Assembly (NCBI GenBank): GCA_014905635.1
Contig: CM026548.1
Location: forward strand, 868,001-932,000
Length of the DNA: 64,000 bases
Direction: 5' to 3'
DNA from: Scenedesmus sp. PABB004
Lineage: Eukaryota
Below the pieces are notes generated by a model. That model made no database searches and was not told the origin of the DNA. It saw only the letters and a list, made by a program, of their open reading frames with translations. Numbering within the stretch: the first letter of the stretch is position 1; the number at the start of each line of letters is the position of its first letter. Positions 37,075-47,361 of this stretch are shown piece after piece. The position numbers were made by a program, and so were the translations under genes.

Positions 37075-37638
37075 CGCCGCCGCTCGACGCGTGCTGCGAC
37101 CCGGGGCGGCTCGCGCACGGCGGCGACGGCGGCGCCGCGGCGCGGCGGTACATGTTCCGCCTGCTCCGCGACGCCGCGGCGCTGCTGGCGCGGCGCTGGG
37201 GCACGGTGGCGCCCGCGCCGCGGAGCATGACCGCAGCGATGACCCTCGTGGCGCTGCCGGCGGGCGGGCCGCTGCCCCCGGCCGGCAGCGCGACCTCGGA
37301 TGACGCCAAGTACGTCCAGGTGAGCGGGGCGGCATCGTGGCGGCGGCGGGCGGTGGCCCGCCGGCGGCGGCCGGCCCATGGCCTGGCCAGGGCGGGCCGC
37401 GGCAGCCCGCGCTGAGCGCCCCGCGCGGCGGCCGGGCGCGCCGCGCCGCGCCGCGTCGCGTGCAGGACCTGCTGCACTTCCGCCACGCCGTCGAGGCGCC
37501 GGTCAAGTGCGTGGACGGGGCGCTGTGCGTCCGCATCAGCGCGCACGTCTACAACGAGCTGGCTGACTACGAGGCCCTGGCGGCCGCGGTCGAGGCGATC
37601 GCGGCGGGCCCCGCCGCCGAGGAGGCGGCGCACGCCGA

Positions 37639-37670
<32 letters not shown>

Positions 37671-37675
37671 CGTGA
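35412..37675 (+). CDS. Class V PLP-dependent enzyme (L-cysteine desulfhydrase / isopenicillin-N epimerase / Egt2-like)
   Basis: FVNHGAFGA, PNATTGLN, DAVTSNTALVLP, VLVDGAHALG, ADYFVANCHKWL, VRISAHVYN; 6 introns. Confidence 0.92.
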
Positions 37676-37765
37676 CGGCGGCATGCGCGCGGGCCGCTCC
37701 CGCGATGGATCGCCCCTGTTACCTGCCGTCCGCCCCCGGCCCGGTCGCCGCACCGCGCCGCCGCG

Positions 37766-40700
37766 TCAGCTGCGGGCCGGCTTGTCGCCAAACTTGGGGC
37801 CGCCAGCGCCGCCGGCGCCGCCGCCGCGCCCCGGCCGCGGCACGGGCTTGAAGCGCGGCAGCGCGCAGAGCGCGGGGTGGTACAGCACCACCACGTAGCG
37901 GCAGAACTCGGGCTCGCGCACGAGCATGCGCCAGCCGCGCGGCGCCGCGGGGCTGCACGCGAGCCGCAGCTCAACCTGGCGCGGCCGGCCGCCGCCCTCG
38001 CCGGTGCAGGCCTCGCCGTCGGTGTAGAGCTGGCGGTGGAAGGGCCACCACGCGTCGACCATGGAGGGTGTGTCGGGCAGATAGTCCAAGAGGTCGAGGA
38101 ACGGCGGCGGCACGCCGCCCGCGCCGGGCGCGGCGGCCGCTGCGGCCGCGCCGCCGGCCTTGGCGTCCGCGGCCTTTGCGGACGCCGTGGCCTCGGCGGC
38201 TTTCGCCGGCTTTGCGTCGGCGGCCTTGGCCGCCTTGGCCTCAGCAGCCTTGGCCTCAGCAGCCTTGGCCGCCGGCTTGGCATCGGCGGCCTTGGCCGCC
38301 TTGGCCGCCTCAGCAGCCTTGGCCTTGGCGTCGCCGGCCTTGGCGCCCTTGGCGTCGGCCGCGGCCTCGGCGCCCGCGGCCGCGCCGCCGCCGCGCAGCT
38401 GCGCAGCCCACGCCTCGCCCGCCTCGCCCGGCGGGACCGCGGCGTCGAGCGCGGCGGCGCGCGCGGTCGCCTCTGGCGAGAACAGCCCCAGCACATGCTC
38501 CTCCGTGACCTGCCCGCTCGCCGGGTCGCGGTGGAACTGGTACACTCGCTGCGCGGCACAGGCAGGGCGGGCGCGGCGGCACGGGCAGGGCGGCGGGCTC
38601 GGCGCGCGGCGGTGGCGGGCTGGGCGCGCGGCGGCGGCGACCCGGGCCGCGCGACGCCGGGCGGCCTGGCGCGGCGGGGCGCGGCGCGGCGCCGCGGCGC
38701 TCACTGTGCCGTAGTGGAGCTGATACACGAAAAAGTCATCCATGCCTGGGATGGACACCAGCTGCCCCGCCAGGCCGCCGTCGCCGCCCGCGGCCAGCGC
38801 GGCCTCGAGGTCGTCGGCCGGCGCCGCGGCGGTGCCGCCCTTGGCCGCGGGCTTGGCCTTGGCCTTGGCCGCGGCGGCCGCGGCGGCGCCGGGCGCGGGC
38901 GCGACCTCCGGCACTCCCCAGAATGGCTTGCCCAGCACAAAGCCTGGGCGCGGCGGCGGGGACGGGGGCGGGGCAGGGGCCGGGGAGGCGGCGGGGAGGT
39001 CGGCGCTGAGCGGGCACGGACGCCAGCAGCGGCCAGCAGGGGGCAGCGGCGGCCGCCGCGCACCGTCGATCTTGGCGAGGGCCGCGCCCGGCAGGACGCC
39101 CGCGTTCGCCACGAGCGCCGCGTCGCCGCCCGGCGTCGTCGTCGCGCCGCCGCCGGCGAGGCAGGCCTTGCCGCTCGTGCACGCGCTGCCGCGCAGCACG
39201 CCCAGCAGCGAGCTCGACGTCGCGGCGAGCTCCTTCTCGGCGAGTGGGTGCTGCGCCCAGGTCGCGTCTGCGCGCAGACGCCGGTGGGCGGCGCGCGCGG
39301 GGTGCGCTCGGGCGCCGCGCGCCGGGCGGGGCGCGCCGGTGCCGCGCGCCGCGCCGTGCCGCAGCCGCCGCGCCGTGCCGCAGCCGCCGCGGGGCCGCAC
39401 CGCGCGTGCAGCGCCCGCAGCTCGCGCGGCAGTGGCCCAGCTTGCGGTGGGTGCCGACCATGTACTTTGGGTTGGCCGTGCACTCGCCCAGGCTCGCCCA
39501 CAGCGGGCACAGCAGCTCCAGGTCGAGGCACAGCGCTGCGCGGCCGGGGGCACGGCGGGTCGGGAGGCAACGCGGCGAGCCGGCGAGGCAGCAGCGCGGC
39601 GCGGCGCGGCGTGGGGGTCGCGCACCCTCGTACGGCAGCAGCTTGCTCTCGGGGATGTGCAGCAGCGCGGAGCGCTCCAGGCCCTCGTCGTCCTCGTCCG
39701 CTGCGGGCGCGGTGCGGGCGCGGCGCCGCGCATCGGCGGCGCGGCCCGCAGCGCGCCCGGCGGGCCCGGGCCAGGCGGGCGGGCGGCGGCGGCGGCGCGG
39801 CGGCGCCGCTGGCTCACGCTCGGGGTCGTCGTACTCGTCGTCTGCCGCCTCGGCCGCGTCATTGCGCAGCTTGCTCGCGAGCTTGCGCGCGAGGTTGCGG
39901 CGAGCCACAAAGTAGTCGCCCGTCGCCTTCCACAGCGGCTTGACCAGCGCCGCCTGGTGGTGGTCCACCAGGCCCTGCGCGCGCGGCGCCCGCGGCGGCG
40001 GCGGCGGCGGCGGCGGCGGGGGGGGGGGGGGTCGCTGCAGGCGGCGCGGCGCGCGGGCCGCCCGCCGCGGGTGCGCCGCCGCGCAGGCGGGCCGCCCGGC
40101 GGCGCCGCCGCCGCCGCCGTACCCGGCACGACTTCTGCGTCGCAGAGACCTCCGCGTCGCTGCCCGGGTGCGCCTTGGCGACGGCCTTGGCCGTACCCTT
40201 GCCCTCCCCGCCAGCGCCCTCGCCGTCGCCGCCGCCGGCGCCGCCGCCGTCCTCGCCCTCGCCGGCCGCCGCGGCGGGCGCGGCGCGCGACGGCGCCGGG
40301 CGGTTGCGCACGACAAAGAGGCTGACGCCCGCCTCGGGCGCCTCCACGCGGACGATGCGGAACTTGGTCAGCACCTTGGCGGGCGCCTGCGCGGCGCAGG
40401 GGCGTGTCACGGCGCCACGGGCGCGGGCGCCGGCCCGCTGCGCGGCCGCGGCCCCCGGCGCGGCGCAGGCGTGGCGGCGGGCGGGCGGGCTCACGTGCGC
40501 CTCCTCGCAGGCCTCGTCCAGCATGTCTCGCACCGCGTCCTCGTTCACCGGCTCCGCCGCGTCGACCGCGGCGACGAGCTGCGCCCACACGTGCGTCACC
40601 GCGGCTGCGGCGGCGGCGGCGGCGGCGGCGTCAGGAGAGAGGCGAGCCCCGGCCGCTTGCCGGCGTCGCGCCGCGCTGCGCAGGGGGACCCGCACCGCGG

Positions 40701-41164
40701 CGCGGCGCCGCACCGTGGCAGACCGTGCAGGTCATTGCCTCTGCCGCCGCGTCGACCGCGTCGTCGTCGGGCGCGGCGACCAGCGTGCCATCCTCGAGCG
40801 ACCACAGCCTGGGGCCGCGCGGCGTGCGGCGGCGCTCGCGCGGCAGCAGCGGCGGCGTGCTGTCCCGCGCAGCGCTGCCGGGCGCCGCCGCGCACCCGGG
40901 CGGCTTCTCCTCCGCGCTGCGCTCCTCGGGGCCGTCCACGCTGTTGAGCCGCGCCAGGGCGAGCGCCTCGCGCAGCTCCGGGCTGCGCACGGCCTCGTCG
41001 GAGGGGGGCTGCTCCCAGTTGTGCGAGTACGGGAGCTGGTACTTGTGCCAGTCGACCTTCGTCCACCCCACCTCATCGTACAGAACGTTCACCGCGCCCA
41101 CGGCGCCGCAGAGCAGCAGCGCCGCCGCAAGCGCGCAGGCGACGGACCGCGCCGGCACGCCCAT
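37766..41164 (-). CDS. Secretory-pathway protein: signal peptide, saposin-like region, ShKT and OS-9/PRKCSH-like MRH domain
   Basis: Signal MGVPARSVACALAAALLLCG; CTVCH; ShKT CLDLELLCPLWASLGECTANPKYM...CRASCGRC; MRH VYQFH...QLYTDGEAC...RPRQVELRLAC...VREPEFCRYVVVLYHPALC; about 8 introns. Confidence 0.78.
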
Positions 41165-41486
41165 CGCGGCAGCGCCGCTGCTGCTGCTGCCGCGGCCGCT
41201 GCTGCCGCCGGCCCTGCTGATCCAGGCAGTGGCACTCCGGGTGTGCGATCGGCAGGGCGATCGAGACCTTTCCCCAACAGGCCGTTGCTCTGCGAGGGAC
41301 GCCGTCGTTTTCGCCGGCGGCGGCGCGCGGGCCGCGCGCGGCGCGGCGCCGCTCCGGACCAAGCGCCCGCGCCTCCCGCAAAACGCAGCCCACACGCTGC
41401 ACGAGCCGCTCGCGAGCCGCTGCAAGCCTCCCGCCGTCTGCGCGGCCGCGCCAGCCACACGCGCCGCCCTGCCGCTCGGGGGCGCG

Positions 41487-43794
41487 ATGCTGGGCCACGC
41501 CCCGATGCCGCGGCAATGCGCCAGGTGCGCTGGACCACGCGCCGGCCGCCGTGGCGGGCCGCGGCGGGCCGCGGTGGGCCGCCGGCCGCCGACGCCCGCC
41601 GCTGCCGCCGCCGCCGCCGCGCAGCAGGCGCTGCTCCGCGCCGCCGTCGCGGGCTGGCGTGCCCGGCACCAGGCCGCTGGCGCCGCGAGAGCGGCGGCGC
41701 GGCGCGACGCTGGCGGCTGCCGCGGCCGGCGGCGGCTCGGGCAGCGGCGGCGCCGACGACGGCCCAGCGTACACCAGCGACGAGGCGGCGGCGTACGCAG
41801 AGGTGCTGGCCGCCAAGCGTGAGTGGGGGCGGGCCCTGGGGCCGAGGCGCGCGGGCCCTGCCGCGCATGCGCGCGCACGCGCCACCCCGCCCCGTCGTGC
41901 CGGCAGGCGCGGCGAAGGAGGCGGCGCTGGCGGAGGTGCGGCGCAAGCGGAGCTTCAACCCGCTCCACGCAAAGCTGCGCGTCTCGCCCGCCGACGGCGA
42001 CGACGGCGGCGACGGCGCGCCGGCCCCGCCCGCGCGCCCGCGGCCAGGCGGCGCGGCGTTTGCGGCGCGGCCGCGTGCCGGCCCCGCGGCGCTGCAGCTG
42101 CCGCCGCTGCCGCAGCAGCAGCAGCAGCAGCCACCGCAGCAGCCGCAGCAGCAGGAGCAGGCGCCGGACGACGACCCCAGCGACGCGGAGCTGGGGCGAT
42201 GCTGGCGGAGCTGCTGGCGGGCGGGGAGGACGACATCCCCGACGTCACGCCGCTCACGGTCAAGGCGGAGCGCCGCCGCAGCCCCGCGCAGCTCAAGGCC
42301 GCGGCCGCGGCGCGGCGCGCGGACGGCGCGCGCGTGCAGCGCGCGCTGCGCGCCGCGCAGTTGGGCGCCGCCGCCGACGGCCCCGTCGCGCAGCCGAGGT
42401 ACCGGCGCCCGGGCGCCGCGCCGCCGCCGCCGAGGCCCGGCGCGGGGCTGCCCGGCCTGCTTGCGGCGGCGGCGGCGGCGGACGAGGGGGAGGAGGAGGA
42501 GGACGGCGGGGCGGACGGCGGCGACGACGAGCTCGACTGGGACGCGCTGGGGCAGTACGAGCAGCTGGAGCGCTACGTCGACGGGCTCAACCGGCCCCAG
42601 CCCCCCGCGCGGCGCGCGCCCAGCGGCGCGCCACCGGCGGCGGCGGCGGCGCCGCCGGCGCTCGTGCCGCCCGCGCCCACCACGCGGGCGCCGGCGGCGC
42701 CGCGGCCGCCGAGCGGCGCGCCGCCGGCCGCGCCGGGCGCCGGCGCGCCCGCGAGCCGGGCGGCAGCAGCGGCGCCGCCGGGCGGCAAGCAGCAGCGGCG
42801 CGTCAAGCGCTCGGAGCGGGTGGCGCGCATGGAGAAAGACCTGGACGAGCTGGAGCAGATGGTCGGCCTCCTGGAGGCGCTGGAGGCGGGCGGCGGCGGC
42901 GCGCCCGCGCGGCAGCAGGCCGGCGGCGCGGGCGCCGCGGCGGGCGCCGCGGCGGGCGGCGCGGACGCGGCCGGCGCGGCCGACCCCGGCGAGGCGCTGC
43001 TCAAGGCGCTGCTGGGCGCCGACTGGGAGGCAGAGCTGCTCGATGACCTGGCATCGGCCGTCGACGACGAGGACGAGGACGCAAACGGCGGCGCCGGCGG
43101 CGTCGGCGAGGCGGGCGCGGCCGCCGGGGCGCGCGCGCCGGCGGGCGCGGCCGCCGCCGCCGGCGGCGCGGCCGACGGCGAGGAGGCGCCGTGGGCGGAC
43201 GACATCACGGGCCTGCTGCTCGGCCTCGTCACGATCAGCCACCAAAAGTACCTGCAGGCGCCTCTGCCGCTGCCGGGCGGCGTGGCGTCGGTGCCCGAGG
43301 AGGGCCGCTGCGCCGCGTTCTGGGGCGCGCCGTGGGCGCTGCTCGTCGTCGACGACTCGCGGGAGGCGTGCGTGGAGTATGTCAACGCCGCCGCGGCCGA
43401 CATGCTGGGCGGGACGTACCTCGATCTCTTTGGGCGCCCCGCGCACGAGGCGGTCGCGCCGGGCATGGCCGCGCAGGTGCGTGCGTGCGCGCGCGGCGGG
43501 GCGACGCGGGGCAGTACGGGCGGCGGCGCGCGCTCTGCGCCCGCGGCTGCGCGCTGACGCCGCGCGCGCGCGCGCGGGCCGCAGGCCGACTGGGCCTACG
43601 CGGCGCGCAAGGTCGAGGAGTCGGCGGCCGCGTGCGCGACGCTGCCCGCGCTCGAGCTGCGCGGCGCGATCGGGCGGGCGGTGCTCGCGCGCGACGTCAC
43701 GCTGTGGCGCGTCGACAGCCTCGAGGACACGCCCGTCGGCATGGCCGTGCTCGTGCGCAGCTGGGAGCCGGCGCCGGCGGCGGCGGCCGAGTGA
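41487..43794 (+). CDS. Probable plastid-targeted protein with C-terminal MEKHLA (PAS-like) domain
   Basis: FWGAPWALLV...EYVNAAAADMLGGTYLDLFGRP...RGAIGRAVLARDVTLWRV...GMAVLVRSWE; 3 introns; apparent frameshift at 42193-42196. Confidence 0.78.
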
Positions 43795-44138
43795 GCGCGG
43801 CGGCGCGGGCGGGGCAAGTCGCGCGTTTCAACGCTTCTCCCTGTGTGACACCGTCACGGCGGACCGCCACCGGGCCCGCACCTCCCGGCGCCGTCGCCCG
43901 CGCCCGCGCTGTGCCTCGCCGCCGCACGCGCTCGCTCGCCAGCCGCTCCGCGCCGCCGCCCATGTGTTCTCGCAGCCACGCCGCCGCCGCCCGCGCCAGC
44001 CCCCCGCGCCTGTGTGCGCTGACGGGTGCGCCCGGCGCTCCTAGCGCCGGCTCGTATGTACGCTGCGCATGTCCTCCCCAAAGCCGGCGTGGGGCGCCCT
44101 GTGCCCTCAGCGCCTCGGCCGCCCGCCACGCCCCTGCC

Positions 44139-46395
44139 TCAGCCCATGCCGGCGCTCGCGGCGGGCGCCGGCCCGACCGGCGCAAAGGGCAGCCGCGGCG
44201 CCTGCTTCGCCTTGCGCTGCTGCGCGCCGCGCCTGCCCGCGCCGCGCGCCTCCTCCAGCCACTGCAGCTGCGCCCGGTGCGAGCGGCGCGTGAGCGGCGG
44301 CCGGCGAGCGAGGCCGCGCCTCGCGGCGGGCCGCAGCGCCCGCGGCGGCGCGCCGCGGCTCACCCCGCCTGCATTGACCGCGACCGCGCCGAGCGCCGCC
44401 GCCGCGGTGGCCGTGCCGACGACCGCCCTGACCGCCGAGCCCCACCACGACCGGCGCTTGCGCGGCGCGAGGCAGCGCGGCACCACGGGCACCGTCGCGT
44501 GCGCCTCCGCCTTGCGCGCGACTGCGCGGACGGTGGGCAGGCGCTCGGCGCGGCGGCGGCGGGACGCGGCCGCGGCCGCAGCGCCTGCCCCCGAAGCAGC
44601 AGCAGCAGCGCAGCCTCTGCCGCGCCTCTGCCGCGCCGCGCACCTCCCTCCTGGAGGATGTGCACGCGCGACGCGTTGCTGCTGAGGAAGGCGGCCTCGG
44701 CGACGCCGCTGCTGCGCAGCGCGCGCGACACGTCCCACGACGTGCGCAGGCTGGCCGCGGCGGCGCCGGGCGCCTGCTGGCGCAGGTGCGCGACGGCGTC
44801 CCACCCCGCGGCCACGGGCGGCAGTTCGGCCAGCGCGTCGTCGTCGACGGGCTCGGAGTAGCGCGCGACGCCGCCGGGGCGCCGCCGCGCTCCCCCTCGC
44901 CCGGCGCGCCCGCCACCGACGCGCTCAGCGAGGCGTCGGCGGCCCTGCCGTGCGCGGCGGCGCGCGCGTTGTGAGCTGGCCGGTGGTGCAAGCTCGCGGC
45001 TGCCGCTGCTGCGGAGCAGGCGGTGAGCTCCCCCCCCCCCCCCCCCCCCCCCCCGCGCCGCCCCTCTCCCCCCGCGCCCCGCGGCCCCACCTGTCCAGGT
45101 GCAGGAACGGCCGCGCCGCGCGCTTGGCGCTCAGCTGCTGCATGATTTGCTGCGCGTGGCTCAGCTGCCCCCGCCAGCTGGCCTCCGGCCCCTCGGTCGA
45201 GCTGCGCTGCGCCGAGAGGCGCGCCGCCGTGGCGCGCGCGTCGCCGAGCGCCTGCTGCGTGCTGGTGGGCCCCGCCGGGCCGCCGCCCGACTGGTCGCTG
45301 TCCAGGTCGCCGCTGGCGGCGCCGGGGTGCTGCGGCGGCCGCGGCGCGCGCACGGGCGTGAGCTTGGCGCCGCCGCCGCTGCTGCTCCGGCCCGACCCGC
45401 CGCCGCTGACGGGGCGCCGTGCCGCGCGCGACTCCCAGTCGGCGATGCCGCTCGCGGCGCGGCCGCCGCCGTCGCCGGCCTTGCTCTGCGTGCGCGAGCT
45501 CGCCGCGTGGCTCTGCGGCGGCGGCGGCGGCGGCGCCGGGGTCGGTCGCGCGTGCGCGCTCCGCAGCCGCCGCGGCTCAGCGCGCCGCGCGCCGCCGCCG
45601 CACCTGCACCCACACGCAGCTCGCGCGTGCCACGTCGGCGGCGGCGCTCGCCGGCGCGTCCATGGCGTCCTGGGGCGCCTCCACCGCGGCGGCGCCCTCC
45701 TTGAGCTCGCACCAGTCCAGAATCTCCTCGATGAGGCCCTGCGACGTTCAAACGCGCGCGCGACAGCTCTGCGCGCGTCGCCCCGCGCGCGCGCGCCCGC
45801 GCCGCCGGCGGACCGCGCGGCTGCCCCCGGCGTTGCTGCTGCTGCTCCTGCGGCGCCGCGCCGCGCGCGCGCCGCGGCGCCGCACCTGCACGCTGTACGT
45901 CTTGACGGCGCCTTGGTGCTCGCAGCACGTCTCGATCACCTTGCGCCGCAGCGGGTCCACGCCGTTGATCAGCTCCGCCTGCACCACCAGCAGAGCGTCG
46001 TGCTGGGACGCCGCCGCAGGCACGTCGGGCCGCGCCGCGCGGCGGGCGGCTGCCAGGCGGCGCGGCCGGCGGCGGCGGCGCGCCGCACCTTGCGCGCCTC
46101 GTCGCCGCAGACCTTGGCCTCGCGCACCTGGCCCTCCAGGTAGCCGATGCTGTCCCTGAGAGACCCGGGAGCGCGCCGGGCGGGCGGTTCGCGGGGCGGC
46201 TGGCGCGCGGCGCCCCAACCGACCGCGCGCCCGCAGCGGCGCCCCCAACCGACCGCGCGGCGCCGCGCGCCTGAGCTGCAGCAGCACGTCCGCGTCGGCC
46301 GCCACCAGACCCCGGTTCTGCAGCGCTGCATCTGTGAGGCGGTAGAAGTAAGAGGCCTTGCGCAGAGCGGCGTTGATGCCCGAGTCGGCGGCCAT
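44139..46395 (-). CDS. Hypothetical protein with helical N-terminus and C-terminal hydrophobic segment
   Basis: MAADSGINAALRKASYFYRLTD...; spliceable exons; WWGSAVRAVVGTATAAAALGAVAV near the end; ends SAGMG*. Confidence 0.6.
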
Positions 46396-46538
46396 TTTCA
46401 GCAGCGGCTCGCTGCCAGCTCGCTGCCGCCGCTCGCTCGCGGGGCGGCGATCGACTGGCCGAGCTGGGCTGGCGGCCGCGGGTCGGCCGGCGGGCGAGCG
46501 ACGGTTCAACGCGCGCCCCGGCCGTCCGCGCGCGCAGC

Positions 46539-46712
46539 TCAGCTCTCGGCGGCCGCCGCCGCCGCCGCCACCGCCGCCGCGGTCTGCGTGTCGTCATCGT
46601 CGAGCGGCGCCGGCGCTGGCGGCGCCGGCGGCGGCGCGGGGCGCACCAAGCCGCTCGCCGCCAGCCGCCGCGGTGCGGGTCGCGCAGCGCGTCCCCAGCC
46701 CAGCTCGGCGGC

Positions 46713-46748
<36 letters not shown>

Positions 46749-47322
46749 CTCGTCGCGGCTGGCCCAGGCGCTGCCGCCGGCGCCGGGGCTGCCCGGGCTG
46801 CCGGGCGCGGGCGGCTCGGCGGGCTCGCCCGCGCCGCTCGCGGCGCTCCCAAGCTCCTCGTAGCTGCCGCCCATGCTGCCCAGCACGCCGCGGCTGCCGC
46901 CGAGGCCGTCCATCACGCCCCAGTCGCCGCTGCGCAGCGCGGCGGGCACGCCGCCGCCGCGGGCGCCGCCGCCGCCGCCGCCGGCGCCGGCCGGCAGCTC
47001 GCGCGCGCCGGCTCCGCGCCGCCCGAAGCGCCGGCGCGGGCTGTACGGCGGCGGCGCCGCCGGCGACGCGGCGCGCACGCGCTGGCGCCAGTTGTGGTAC
47101 TTGTAGAGCTTGTAGCCTGCTGCTGCGTAGAGCTCCCGCCGCCACATGTCCATGCGGGGGACCTTGAAGCTGTCGAGCGCGACGAGCACCTGCGTGAGCA
47201 GCGCCTTCTGGCGCCACAGGCCGGCCTTGTGCCGCAGCAGCAGCGTGCAGTAGCGGCGCAGCCACGTCTGCGGCGGGCGCAGCCCGAGCCGCGCGAGCGC
47301 GTAGCCAATGAGGGCGAGGTCC

Positions 47323-47361
<39 letters not shown>

